Numbered from the stretch's first letter, positions 18,522 to 29,014 are shown. The stretch: 64,000 nt of DNA from an uncultured Methanospirillum sp. (GCA_963668475.1 OY764544.1:3407986-3471985), one strand, 5' to 3'. Notes: generated from the sequence alone by a model not told the origin. Numbers and translations: made by a program.

Positions 18522-19124
18522 GCTCTTCGTCAGTTTCAGTGAGTAAGAATTAGGATGTTGCTCAATATGAGTCGAGGTTATTGAAGGGGATTTATCGACT
18601 GAAAGGTTTCGTCGAAGTTCCATATCATACAATTCATCTTACTTCTGCGATATATCTGAAGTATCTATGATTATTGCACAAATTGGAATAAATGAGCATC
18701 CGACAAAAACTCATCCATTATTAAACCGAAAATCCCGGAATTTGTATTTGTCAGAGTAGTGAAAAAGAGTGGGATTATGCAGAAATTTTTGAATTCCTGA
18801 TTTTTTAAGGATATGGATTCTGATTCCTCTAGGTAATAGATTTTTCAGAATGAAACTCGTTATCTCTGCACAATTCTGTTCGATTTTAAAAAATTCTGTT
18901 ATCCTTCTTACATCTCTAAAAAAAGCCGTCCGGTTTCAATTCTGAATATCGCACCAGGTTCTGCAGGTCTGAAGGAGTGTTTATCCAATTGTGCATTAGC
19001 AGAGTAATTGTGGGGTGATGTGCCGGATGAACCGGTTGACTGCCTTCCCCGGCCTCCCCCGTGTCTTCATCGCTATGCCTTCACTGGATTCTTCGCATTG
19101 TACGCATATGGACTGTAAGAGGGG

Positions 19125-20678
19125 TTGTTTCATTCTATGAAAACCGGGTGGGGTCCCGATATCATGAAGAGATCTCCTCTACAGGCTATTGAGGCACTGA
19201 TAAAGCGGGACGAGAACATGAACATACGATTTCAGAGACTATTGGTGAAACGACCACTTCCTCTCTCTTTCCATTCCGATGATCTGGGGGGTCATCTGAA
19301 GAAAGTGTTGAACCCTCTTGACCTGATTATGATCGGTCTTGGGGCTTCCATAGGAACCGGGATATTTGTAATAACAGGGCTTGCATCAAGTATTGCAGGT
19401 CCCGGGATTGTTCTCTCGTTCATCATTGCCTCGATATGCTCGCTGTTTGTGGCACTATGTTATGCAGAACTGAGTTCCATGATACCACTTACCGGCAGTG
19501 CATATTCATACACCTATACCATCTTTGGAGAACTTTTTGCCTGGATCATCGGATGGACAATGATGCTTGAACTCACGGTATCGATCTCATTAATTGCCTC
19601 AGGATGGTCACAGTATCTTCTTGGCATATTCGATGCTCTTCACATCCCACTGAACTCTGCCTTAACCCGTGACCCGATGAATGGGGGTCTTGTAAACCTC
19701 CCGGCAGTCATAATTATTTTATGTATGGCCTTCATGCTTTTACAGGGTGTCAGGGAGAGTTCACGGCTCAACGCTGTTCTTGTATCAATAAAACTACTGA
19801 TTCTCATTACGTTTTTCTGGATTGGGTCACAGATTATCAATGTTGAAAATTATTTTCCAGTCCTTCCTAATGGGTTTCAGGGTGTACTTACCGGGGCAGG
19901 ACTTGTTATCGTCTCGTTTACAGGATTTGAACTGATCGCCTCAAGTGCAGAAGAAGTAAAAAATCCCCAGCGAAATCTCCCGATCGGACTGATAGGAACC
20001 ATCGTTATCTGTTCTTTTTTTTATATTATCGCAGGTCTGGTTCTTACCGGTATTCTTACCTTTTCTCAATATGCGAACGTGGGTTCTCCGTTTGAATTTG
20101 CTCTCAGTCAGTCAGGATTTTCTCATCTCGGGGGTTTACTGGCAGTCGGTATCATTATTGGTATAACCTCCGGACTTCAGGTATGTCTGTATGGGTCTTC
20201 ACGGCTCGTTTATGCCCTCTCGCGTGACGGGCTCATTCCTTCAGGACTTGCAGCCGTCAGTGCAAAAGGAATCCCGTTCAAGGCAACAATTCTGGTGGGG
20301 TTGATGAGTGCTGTCTTTGCCGGGTTTGCTCCGTTGTCACTGATTGTAGAACTCCTCAATATGGGTACTCTGATAGCGTTCATAGCCGTTGCTGCCGGTG
20401 TTCTTTTCATGCGACATAAGAACCCGGATCTTGAGCGCCATTTTCGATGTCCCATGGTGCCCCTTGTGCCCATACTGGCTATCATCTCTGACCTGTTTCT
20501 CATCGTCTCTTTAAAGACGACGACCTTATTCTACTTCTGCATCTGGCTGGTCATCGGTCTCATGGTGTATGGATTATATGGGATCAGGCAGTCAGAACTT
20601 GCAAAAAAGTTCAAAATCGATCTTCCCTATCCAAGTATCGTTGAGATACCAACGCCCCAAATTCATGAAGCAGTATAA
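19125..20678 (+). CDS. APC-family amino acid permease (cationic amino acid transporter-like); true start probably 19164 or later
   Basis: LKKVL..LDL..IG.GA.IGTGIFV, AGPG...SF, ALCYAE.SS..P..GSAY.Y and GFE...S.AEEVKNPQRN.P; about 12 TM segments. Confidence 0.92.
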   Translation: MFHSMKTGWGPDIMKRSPLQAIEALIKRDENMNIRFQRLLVKRPLPLSFHSDDLGGHLKKVLNPLDLIMIGLGASIGTGIFVITGLASSIAGPGIVLSFIIASICSLFVALCYAELSSMIPLTGSAYSYTYTIFGELFAWIIGWTMMLELTVSISLIASGWSQYLLGIFDALHIPLNSALTRDPMNGGLVNLPAVIIILCMAFMLLQGVRESSRLNAVLVSIKLLILITFFWIGSQIINVENYFPVLPNGFQGVLTGAGLVIVSFTGFELIASSAEEVKNPQRNLPIGLIGTIVICSFFYIIAGLVLTGILTFSQYANVGSPFEFALSQSGFSHLGGLLAVGIIIGITSGLQVCLYGSSRLVYALSRDGLIPSGLAAVSAKGIPFKATILVGLMSAVFAGFAPLSLIVELLNMGTLIAFIAVAAGVLFMRHKNPDLERHFRCPMVPLVPILAIISDLFLIVSLKTTTLFYFCIWLVIGLMVYGLYGIRQSELAKKFKIDLPYPSIVEIPTPQIHEAV

Positions 20679-20911
20679 CTTCGATACTTCTCCTCCTTTT
20701 CTATTTCATGATTCTATCGCACAGAATTTAAACTCATAATGGAGCCTTTAAACCTCATTTTCTATGAGAGGATTTCCCCGACTCAAATCCCATCAGGATT
20801 CTATCCTTATGAACCGGTATATAGAAACCTGAAGAGTATGATATAACTCGTATATTATCTTCCAAACACAGGAGTATCCGGACTGATGATACAGATTGAT
20901 GAATCGTTTCA

Positions 20912-22567
20912 GTGCCTGTCTCTTCCGAGAAGGATCTCACTCACTCGATTGATCTTCATGAATACCAGTTTCATCAGTCTGAAATGTCTGGAGCGGGCAC
21001 CATCGGGTTATACATGAATACCTCTTCATCTGAAATAGAAGATATTCTGCACATTTTGCAGGATGGCGATACCGAGTTGTCAATATCGGAGTTATCCCGT
21101 AAAACTGGAGTAAACCGAAATAAAGTCTCATTAATCGCTGAAACACTCTTTAAGAAAGGGATAGTACACTGTAATCAAAGCAGCAATGCAAAAAAATATT
21201 CATATCTTCCCTGTACTACCGCATTAACCCTTATTGAATCGATACCTGATCCGGCCCTTATCCTTGATAGCACCCTTCATATCGTCCGGATAAACCAGGC
21301 CTTTCTTGATCAGACCAGAGAAGGAGAACTTGCCTTTATCGGTGAGCGTTTGAGTGCCATCAATCATCTGTACCATGGAATCAATGAAGAGGCTATCTCC
21401 TCTGTTCTCACAGACAGATATGAGGGGTACAGGACAAGTATTCATCCTGATCAGTCGCAGATCAGGTATATCTGTATACGGGTCACCCTTCCTGATAATC
21501 AGCCTGGTGTTTTACTGTATATGCACCCCGATGCTGATGCCTACAACCCGGGAACCCTATTCCGCAAATTTGTAGAAAAACTCTTCAGTAAAATTCCGGG
21601 TATGGTAGAGGAGCAGCAAGCAGAAAAGATCTATGATACCATCACCCGGATACTCCGGGACATCTTTGCAGATGACATTATCGTGTCATTTCTGATCGAT
21701 GAAAAGTCCCGGATATCACACCTCAACACCATATCAGTGCCTGAGAGTATTCGAAAGCCAACACGCTCAGAGATCGATCTGGCCCTCTCCCAAAAAACTC
21801 CTGTTTCATTTGAAGGGCCTGAAATTCTTCCATATAAACTCTATGACACGGTGAGAATCAAAGGGATCTCACCATTGATGCTCCGGTCACCAGATGATAT
21901 TGCCAGGGTGTTCAATCCGCTTCAGGGTTATGAGTTCATATATACCGGCATTGCCATAAACGACACCCTTACCGGAATAATCGGGATTGGAAAGATGAAC
22001 GTCGGAATTCCTCCTGATGTCTATGAGAAAATTCTTCTGGCACTATCAAGGTTCTTCTATCTGTATGAGTCCAACCGGACAAAATCAGTGATACATGAAG
22101 AGGTCATTGCGAAATATAAGGAAGAGTATCGGAATATGTATCACCTGCTCACCGAAAAAACAGAGCAGGATGAGAATCGCAGAGCAGAGTCTGAAGCACT
22201 CCTGGCACTGATTGGGATCATGTCAGATCAGATGAGTATAGCGTGCTGCACCCTGACCCCTGAAAGAACCATTTCATCGGCTAATACCTCCATGCTCGAC
22301 CTTTGCAGTGCAGAAGAGACTGATGTCCTCAAAAAACCCAGGTTTGAAGATGTCGTTCCCTCCCCAGTGCGGGAGGTTATTGCTGATCTGATCAATTCAT
22401 CCGAACATCAGACTGAGATCGGTTCGTATCAGGTTGCCGTTAAAACATCAGACCAGACACAGTCATCCTGGTGTCTTATCAGATCCCAGAAAGAGGGCGG
22501 TCCTGCCGTGCATCTGTATCGGGGAGAAGGCACCTTCTCCACTTATTCAGTTTATTCTCATGTATGA
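20912..22567 (+). CDS. Winged HTH plus PAS (and GAF-like/PAS) one-component regulator; start uncertain
   Basis: HTH LSISELSRKTGVNRNKVSLIAETL..KG.V...Q...AKKY, then the PAS start LIESIPDPALILDS..HI..INQAF. Confidence 0.7.
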   Translation: MPVSSEKDLTHSIDLHEYQFHQSEMSGAGTIGLYMNTSSSEIEDILHILQDGDTELSISELSRKTGVNRNKVSLIAETLFKKGIVHCNQSSNAKKYSYLPCTTALTLIESIPDPALILDSTLHIVRINQAFLDQTREGELAFIGERLSAINHLYHGINEEAISSVLTDRYEGYRTSIHPDQSQIRYICIRVTLPDNQPGVLLYMHPDADAYNPGTLFRKFVEKLFSKIPGMVEEQQAEKIYDTITRILRDIFADDIIVSFLIDEKSRISHLNTISVPESIRKPTRSEIDLALSQKTPVSFEGPEILPYKLYDTVRIKGISPLMLRSPDDIARVFNPLQGYEFIYTGIAINDTLTGIIGIGKMNVGIPPDVYEKILLALSRFFYLYESNRTKSVIHEEVIAKYKEEYRNMYHLLTEKTEQDENRRAESEALLALIGIMSDQMSIACCTLTPERTISSANTSMLDLCSAEETDVLKKPRFEDVVPSPVREVIADLINSSEHQTEIGSYQVAVKTSDQTQSSWCLIRSQKEGGPAVHLYRGEGTFSTYSVYSHV

Positions 22568-22696
22568 GTACCGGAATTGTCAGAATGCATCTTCCCGACG
22601 AGCAAAGGGATAATGGTGTAATTGCAGTAGAAAATGGATGTGAGTTGACTCACGCATGACTTTTCTGAAGAACCGGAGATAAAAGAAAAATCTGTA

Positions 22697-24334
22697 TTAT
22701 AATGTGGGATAATCAGACAACCTCTTCAGATTTTTTTGGGCTGCGTCAAAAATTCGTTTAAATGCCCGCTCTTTCTCCTCCTGGGATGGGGCCGGATCCT
22801 GGATCAGTGAAGAGACCTGCTGCCATAGTGATGTCTCAAGACCAAGATTTTTCTCCTGTTCGGCAAAGAACTGTACGATGGGCTGCTGTCTTGCATGCAG
22901 TGTTGACATATCCAGTATGATCATCTCAACAAGACTGGTATCATCATGATCGAGTCTTGAGAGTCTGACTTCTGCTTCGATCTTCGTATCACCTGCAAGA
23001 AAAATCCATGAAAAGGTTACGAGGGATCCTGTATTCGCTTTCGAGATATAATATACAAGTTTCTCAGGAATATCATCAGGATTAAACTGTCTGGGTGAAG
23101 AGAGGCTGGAAAGAGCTGTTGCTAGAAGGTCCTGTTTTGGTACCTGAAACATATCCAGAGCTGCCGGGTTGCAGTCAATGATCTGCCCTTTGGAACATAT
23201 CAGGATAGCATCTGGGTAAGAGACAAAATACTGGTGATATCGTTGTTCCTGTTTTATCTTCTCTTTCTCCTGAAGAAGTTCTACTCTTGTCTTCTGAATC
23301 TCCTGCTCAAGAGAGATCGTCTGGGTTATGTCGGCTATCGTGATCAGATGTGTCTCATCTGCTCCTGCGGTTGTATCAGTGATACGGGAGGTCATCTGAT
23401 ACCAGTGTGTGCCCTGATGATACACAGGAAAATGAGATGCCTGATCAATCGTGTCCGGGTCCGTGAGATACCGGATGAATGGTTCTGGGATTGATGGGAT
23501 ATCAGAAGCCGCCTTTCCAAACGCATCTCTCATGCTGGTATTTAGAATGCGTTCAGCGGCAGGGTTCATATCAATGATCTCGCTTTTCTGATTCAAGGCC
23601 AGAAGGCCGTGGTCATTGAGGGCAAAGAACCGATCCCGAAAGACAGGTGAGAACTCCAGCAGATTGTAGTGGAGAACACCGAATGCGAGGAATAGTCCTG
23701 AAACTCCTACATCAAACCCGTATGTATGATATCCTTTCAGTACTGTCTCAAGAGCGAGCCTTGTAAGGAGTAGAATACTGATGCCAATGACGAGAAAAGC
23801 AATCTGACTCTTAAACCGGTGTGATACCGTCTCGTATCGCTGTAGTAAAAAATATATGCCGATAATTATCAGGATAAAAAAGTAGTATGCAGCAGCGTAA
23901 TGACCACAGAAGATCAGTTCAGAAAGAATCTTCTGTCCAGATGATTCTACCGGCAGATTGAGCATATCCAAAAACCGGAAGATGCATCCTATTGCCATCA
24001 GTCCTCCGAAAAGTGCGATATACTTCGGTGTTACATATAGTGGTCTCCCTGAATATAATGTACAATAGAAGAACCACAATACTGCGGTAAAATAAATAAG
24101 GCTGTATACGAGTCCGAATGTGATAAAACTCATCAAGGTTGAGTCTACCTGGGTTATCTCCCCGATGAGATAATATATGCCAAGGGTAAAGGAGAAGAGC
24201 GAGTCAAAGAGCAGTAATAACCAGAAGAACGATTGCCCCAGGATCTGTTTCTTATTGTATATCTGAATCGAGAGAGAGAGCAGGATAAATCCAAAGAGAA
24301 GACTGATGAATGCAACATACCAGGGAGCAAACAT
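22697..24334 (-). CDS. N-terminal 7TM (HisKA_7TM-like) sensor with two PAS domains and no kinase domain
   Basis: About 7 hydrophobic segments in the first 225 aa; PAS motifs DHGLLALN...IIDMNPAAERIL and YPDAILIC..GQIIDCNPAA; no H-, N- or G-boxes. Confidence 0.8.
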   Translation of the reverse strand: MFAPWYVAFISLLFGFILLSLSIQIYNKKQILGQSFFWLLLLFDSLFSFTLGIYYLIGEITQVDSTLMSFITFGLVYSLIYFTAVLWFFYCTLYSGRPLYVTPKYIALFGGLMAIGCIFRFLDMLNLPVESSGQKILSELIFCGHYAAAYYFFILIIIGIYFLLQRYETVSHRFKSQIAFLVIGISILLLTRLALETVLKGYHTYGFDVGVSGLFLAFGVLHYNLLEFSPVFRDRFFALNDHGLLALNQKSEIIDMNPAAERILNTSMRDAFGKAASDIPSIPEPFIRYLTDPDTIDQASHFPVYHQGTHWYQMTSRITDTTAGADETHLITIADITQTISLEQEIQKTRVELLQEKEKIKQEQRYHQYFVSYPDAILICSKGQIIDCNPAALDMFQVPKQDLLATALSSLSSPRQFNPDDIPEKLVYYISKANTGSLVTFSWIFLAGDTKIEAEVRLSRLDHDDTSLVEMIILDMSTLHARQQPIVQFFAEQEKNLGLETSLWQQVSSLIQDPAPSQEEKERAFKRIFDAAQKNLKRLSDYPTL

Positions 24335-24497
24335 AAACCACTGGTATGTCTGGTAATTGAATCAATCTTCTGTATTGTTCCGGACCTCTTGCTTTACTCC
24401 AAGGGGGTGCATCCGACCTTTGTCACTGTGATACTCACAGAATCCCACTGTTAGTTTGAATGAGAGGAGTGAGTGTGAGAGTGATTCTCATGATCCT

Positions 24498-25171
24498 TGT
24501 TGCGGAATCGCGGAACGTTGCGGCATTGTCGCGGAAGTTTCCGCGACGAATCGGGATGAGAAACATAGGTAATTAGTAAAAATAATAATAATTATTGTAC
24601 TTTATGTACTCTTCGCGGAAAATCTGAAAGTACAGTACAGGTAGAATCTGATACGACAGTATCATGTTCGTGTGCTTGTGCCCCTGAGATTTCCGCGACG
24701 ACTGATCATGAGCAGGTAACTGGGGTCGATGTATCTTCCGATTGCGATTCCGGGCACTCTGGTACTCGCCCCATTTTACGCGACGATTCCGCGAACGCCC
24801 GGAATGGGCTGGAAACTGTAACAACTTCCGCGAGCACCGAGAATCCGGGAAATACCTTCAGAATAAGACCATCTGACTTCTGTGAGATCGACCGGGGGTT
24901 TGGTGTTGGGCCGTGTGACTGCTGCAGGTCAGAATGGGTTCACTTCCAGGAACGTATCGGGAGCGGATGTCTGCTCCTCCCCGGACGAACTGGAAGATCT
25001 GCAGGTCGTGTTATGAGCAGCAAGGCTTGAGGAGGCAGCATCGGGCAGGTGTCTTCCCGATGTGATTGATACCGGGTCTGTGATACGTTCAAGGCCACAT
25101 GGCATGATCCAGAATCAAAGACTGTTATCTGTTATTCATGTCGGTCCAGGATTCTCCGGGAGGGGTCATGA
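24498..25171 (+). pseudogene. Frameshifted 3' relic of a large Cys-rich protein of a probable integrated plasmid/virus-like element
   Basis: Joining frames gives CGIAERCGIVAEVSAT / SKNNNNYCTLCTLRGKSE...FRIRPSDF...GPCDCC..EWV.FQER / KICRSCYEQ / ARLEEAASGRCLPDVID / KATWHDPESKTVICYSCRSRILREGS*. This has several CxxC pairs and no start. GC is higher than in the flanks. Confidence 0.7.
24500..24833. repeat. Array of 8-bp TCGCGGAA/TTCCGCGA repeats around an AT-rich patch
   Basis: Exact copies at 24508, 24529 and 24613 (TCGCGGAA) and at 24539, 24691, 24787 and 24826 (reverse complement). One-mismatch copies at 24500 and 24776. Confidence 0.9.
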
Positions 25172-25572
25172 TACAGCCGGTGTTAGGGTTCAATCTGCCT
25201 CATCTGCTCTGGTTTCTGTTCGGGTGTTCTGTGCTCTGGATGGTTGGCAGGCTGAAGGCTGATCCGGTGGCAGAACAGGTGAGGACGATCATCGACGGGC
25301 CGGGTGAGATTAGGAGGATATCCCGGACCTATACTCGGGATGTGGTACTCACGGAGGAAGGCATGGAGGTTGACCCCGGGGGGACAGTCGGAATATCTCC
25401 GTCTGGTCGAGGGGTTGTGTTCGAGATTCCGGGAGAGGATGGCGGACGGTTTGTAGCGGTTGCCTCCTTCATGAAACGTCTGAATAGTCATGATCAATCA
25501 ACGAAAATATCCTTACGCTTTTCTAACCGGGATGGTAGAGCAAAAATATACCGCAATAACAGAAACTATTGA
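25168..25572 (+). CDS. Hypothetical protein coupled to the relic gene; the 3' end probably runs off the element into AT-rich host DNA
   Basis: The ATG overlaps the relic's TGA (ATGA at 25168-25171). GC is high to about 25487 and then drops abruptly. Confidence 0.5.
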   Translation: MIQPVLGFNLPHLLWFLFGCSVLWMVGRLKADPVAEQVRTIIDGPGEIRRISRTYTRDVVLTEEGMEVDPGGTVGISPSGRGVVFEIPGEDGGRFVAVASFMKRLNSHDQSTKISLRFSNRDGRAKIYRNNRNY

Positions 25573-25711
25573 TTTATCGATAAAAATTATCTCTCCAGAA
25601 AGTATATCGCATAATATGTACTCATTCAATAATATTCCCGAAGGAGAACTCATGTCTAGCGAATCAGGACTTTCCTGATTAAAAATGCCATTTTTTTAAA
25701 TTTCAGATTGT

Positions 25712-26989
25712 ATGCAGATAAAACTCCCTACCTCAAGTATCCTTTCAATCAAATCACTGACACTGATAATATCCGGGGGTACGCTTCTCGGGATGAGTTT
25801 GTATGAGATTATTAAGGAGTATTTCTTCCCTGATCTCAATAAGTGGCAGTCCCATATCATTACCATTATTATCACCGTACTACTGGTCGCTATAATATCC
25901 TGGATCAGCCTTCAGAAACAGAATGAGATGGTAAACCGGGCAGCACGAGCGACCAGGAAGGCAGATATAGCAGCAAAACATCTCGTATCAATTGTAGAGT
26001 CGAGTGACGATGCTATAATCAGCATCAATCGTGATGGGAATATTACCTCATGGAACCCAGGAGCGGAGCGTATCTTTGGCGTTTCAGCAGAAGAAGTAAT
26101 GAATCAATCTCTTAACCGTTTTATTCCGTTGGAAATTCACGACCGTATTCCCCATCTGATCCAGCAGACAGGTATAAAAAAGCGGGTGACTCATGATGAA
26201 GCCGTTTTCCAAAAAAAAGACGGCACCAGGATACATCTTTCAATAACTGCTTCTCCGATTCCTCAGAATTCAGAGCATGGGGGATGTATCTCAATTATCG
26301 CTCGTGATATCTCAACGCAAATAGCCAGGGAAGAGATGCTGAAGATGCTTAATCTGAAGCAGCACCTCCTGTCATCTATCTCAAGGCACGATGTGAACAA
26401 CAGTCTTCAGGTACTGATGCTCTGCAATTCACTTCTGGTTGAACAGATAACAGATCCCGAACTGCTAAAGATAGTTCAGACAATCCAGAAGCAGTCCCTG
26501 ATTATAAATTCTCATATAGAATTCATGAAAGACTACGAATCACTGGGTATTCAGGCACCATCATGGCAAAATGCATATGATCTTTTTGAAAAGGCCTCTG
26601 CTCCTTTTTTTACCGGCTCTGTCAGATTTGAAAATAATCTTGAGAATCTTGAGATCTACGCAGATCCCCTGATTGAGAAGGTGATGTACAATCTCTGTGA
26701 TAATGCCATGAAATACGGAGTAAATCTGACCTACATTCACTCGTATTATCAACCGGATGGAGAGACCTGTCTGATTATTGTTGAAGATGATGGGATTGGT
26801 ATCCAGAAAGAACTGAAGGCAAAGATTTTTGAAAAAGGATTTGGAAAAACATCAGGATTAGGTCTGTTTTTTATCAAAGAGATCCTTTCCATAACAAATA
26901 TCGCAATCAGGGAGACCGGGATTCAGGATAACGGTGCCCGGTTTGAATTGATCGTTCCGGCAGGAAACTGGAGGGTGAGATATTCATAA
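25712..26989 (+). CDS. Membrane-bound PAS sensor histidine kinase
   Basis: Two N-terminal TM helices; PAS SIVESSDDAIISI..DG.ITSWNPGAE.IFG; H-box ISRHDVNN; N-box LCDNAMKYG; DDGIGI; SGLGLF. Confidence 0.92.
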   Translation: MQIKLPTSSILSIKSLTLIISGGTLLGMSLYEIIKEYFFPDLNKWQSHIITIIITVLLVAIISWISLQKQNEMVNRAARATRKADIAAKHLVSIVESSDDAIISINRDGNITSWNPGAERIFGVSAEEVMNQSLNRFIPLEIHDRIPHLIQQTGIKKRVTHDEAVFQKKDGTRIHLSITASPIPQNSEHGGCISIIARDISTQIAREEMLKMLNLKQHLLSSISRHDVNNSLQVLMLCNSLLVEQITDPELLKIVQTIQKQSLIINSHIEFMKDYESLGIQAPSWQNAYDLFEKASAPFFTGSVRFENNLENLEIYADPLIEKVMYNLCDNAMKYGVNLTYIHSYYQPDGETCLIIVEDDGIGIQKELKAKIFEKGFGKTSGLGLFFIKEILSITNIAIRETGIQDNGARFELIVPAGNWRVRYS

Positions 26990-27044
26990 TTTGCATGCTC
27001 TCTTGGACCATTAGCATCCTGAATATCTGCATTGTTCTGGAAAA

Positions 27045-28310
27045 TCAGGACTGACTATCCTGGTTTCCATTCCATATTCCATACTTTTCAAGCCCGATGA
27101 ACAGCAGATTAAGTCCAATCCCTGCGATGGTGGCAAGGGACATCCCTTCTATATTTGACGGTCCCAGATCGATAAGGGCTCCTGAACATCCAATTACGAG
27201 GATGACAGAGACAAGGACCAGGTTTTTTGTTTGTGAGAGATCCACCCCTGCTTCAATCATCATCCGTATACCCTGAGAGGCGATTACACCAAAGAGCAGA
27301 AGCGATATACCGCCGATGATCGGGTCCGGGATGCTCAAAATCGCAGAAGAAAACTTTCCGCAGAAGGAGATAAGAATAGCAAAGACAGCAGCACCAGCAA
27401 AGACAGCAGTACTGTACACCCTGGTGATTGCCATCACCCCGATATTCTCCGAGTACGTGGTATTTGGAGTAGAACCAAAAAAGCCTGACAGGGTGCAGGA
27501 TATCCCTTTTCCAATCACCACCCTGAAGAGACCGGGATCCTTGATCATGTCAGTTCCAACGATACTGCCTGTCACCTGCAGGTGCCCGATCAGCTCCACC
27601 AAAGTGACAAAAAAAGCCGGGATGAGTATTATTATGGCATGAATCGACCATACCGGAGTATAGAACGGGGGCACAGCCAGCCAGGGAGCCTCAATGATCT
27701 TCTCCATCGAGAATTGGCCGAGGAGAATCGCCAGTGTGCTTCCCCCGATGATTCCGATAAGCACCGGAATTACCCGGAGAAACCCCTTAAAGACGGTCAT
27801 GCTGATGATCGTAACCAGAAGAGTAAAAAGTGATATTGCAGCGACATGGAGATCCGGATTGTCCATGCTGAGTCCTGATAATTTTGCTGCGGTAGGCGCA
27901 AGTGCAAGACCAATAACAGCAACGACGCTGCCCATAACAACATCTGGGAATAGTATTTTGACCCAGCCGGTTCCAAACCGGTAGATGATCAGGGCTGACA
28001 GCAGAAAGAGTAATCCGGTAACTATGTACCCGGAGAGGGCTGCTCCGTACCCGTAGGATCCGATGATGATGAGAGATGGAGCAATATATGCAAAACTCGA
28101 TCCCAGATATGCAGGTACTTTCCACTTGCAGATGGCAAGAAAAATCAGAGTTCCTATTCCATTGAACAGTAATACCGTCGCCGGATTGATGCCCAGAAGT
28201 ACAGGAACCAGAACGGTAGCCCCGAACATTGCAAACAGGTGCTGGAGACTGAGAGGAATCAGCAGGGCGAGAGGAGGGACTGCGTCAACCGGGATCTGAT
28301 CACTGGTCAT
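27045..28310 (-). CDS. Uracil/xanthine permease (NCS2 family, UraA/PyrP-like)
   Basis: SLQHLFAMFGATVLVP, PAYLGSSFAYI, the NCS2 signature PNTTYSENIGV.AITRVYS and GG.SLLLFGVIA. Confidence 0.93.
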   Translation of the reverse strand: MTSDQIPVDAVPPLALLIPLSLQHLFAMFGATVLVPVLLGINPATVLLFNGIGTLIFLAICKWKVPAYLGSSFAYIAPSLIIIGSYGYGAALSGYIVTGLLFLLSALIIYRFGTGWVKILFPDVVMGSVVAVIGLALAPTAAKLSGLSMDNPDLHVAAISLFTLLVTIISMTVFKGFLRVIPVLIGIIGGSTLAILLGQFSMEKIIEAPWLAVPPFYTPVWSIHAIIILIPAFFVTLVELIGHLQVTGSIVGTDMIKDPGLFRVVIGKGISCTLSGFFGSTPNTTYSENIGVMAITRVYSTAVFAGAAVFAILISFCGKFSSAILSIPDPIIGGISLLLFGVIASQGIRMMIEAGVDLSQTKNLVLVSVILVIGCSGALIDLGPSNIEGMSLATIAGIGLNLLFIGLEKYGIWNGNQDSQS

Positions 28311-28495
28311 TGAATACCTGTAGGTACCATGAGGCATAGGTTCTTTCGAAATATTCCGGATGATCACCGATGGTAGTTCAGCAACTGTGACAATAGTACA
28401 GAAGAGTTCTTTACGTAAATCAGGACCTTTCCGGCATTATAATCCCGATACTCTCCGGTCTGGTATCCCTGGGCGATGGAAAAAAGTGAGTAGTC

Positions 28496-28807
28496 CTACA
28501 CACCTGACTGGTACTTAAAACTCTTCATGAAGTTCTTTATTCCACCCTGTGATACAGCATTATCGGTATTATTTGTTTTTGTTCCATCTGCTATGCGTTG
28601 AGCAGTGCCGTTCGTGAGGTTCTGATACGACTGGTTCGTCTCATTTATTGAGATATCTCCTGATTGGGATATATTAGTCACATTCACGTTCTCTTTCTCT
28701 GCAAATGAGATGCCAAGGAGACTCACAAGGAGAACACTGACAATAATGGATATTACAACTTTGTTGGCGATCATATCATCAATACCGGTACTATTCGTCA
28801 GTATCAT
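28496..28807 (-). CDS. Small secreted hypothetical protein
   Basis: Signal peptide ending SFA and an Asn-x-Ser/Thr-rich mature region. Confidence 0.6.
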   Translation of the reverse strand: MILTNSTGIDDMIANKVVISIIVSVLLVSLLGISFAEKENVNVTNISQSGDISINETNQSYQNLTNGTAQRIADGTKTNNTDNAVSQGGIKNFMKSFKYQSGV

Positions 28808-29014
28808 ACAAGGCTTTTCTTATTTGGAATCTATTTCAGAATCTTTTTGAGAGGCTATGCAATAATAATCCTGTCTGCATTTTTACAAAGATACGACCTT
28901 CAGATATATCCTGAGATATGGTATCAACTCATCATTTTTTATGGCGGCTCAATTCAGTTCTTGCAATTGCCCTCTATTCGTGTCACCATCGTTACCCATC
29001 TTTTTCGCAAATCA

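Noticed and set aside
18751-18809. Resemblance to an inverted IS5 right end (shared 12-mer CTTAAAAAATCA with 53591-53602)
   Set aside because: Hundreds of 12-mer pair matches are expected by chance in 64 kb, especially AT-rich ones, and the TIR does not match.
19012-19060. GC-rich stem upstream of the APC permease sharing GATGTGCCGGA with the 95-bp leader
   Set aside because: About 2-3 such 11-mer matches are expected by chance for a 95-bp query on both strands. Worth including in an Infernal search but not supportable now.
22471-22659. Possible frameshift near the 3' end of the 20912 regulator (alternative frame VLPCICIGEK)
   Set aside because: Both endings are plausible, and without homolog alignment there is no way to choose.
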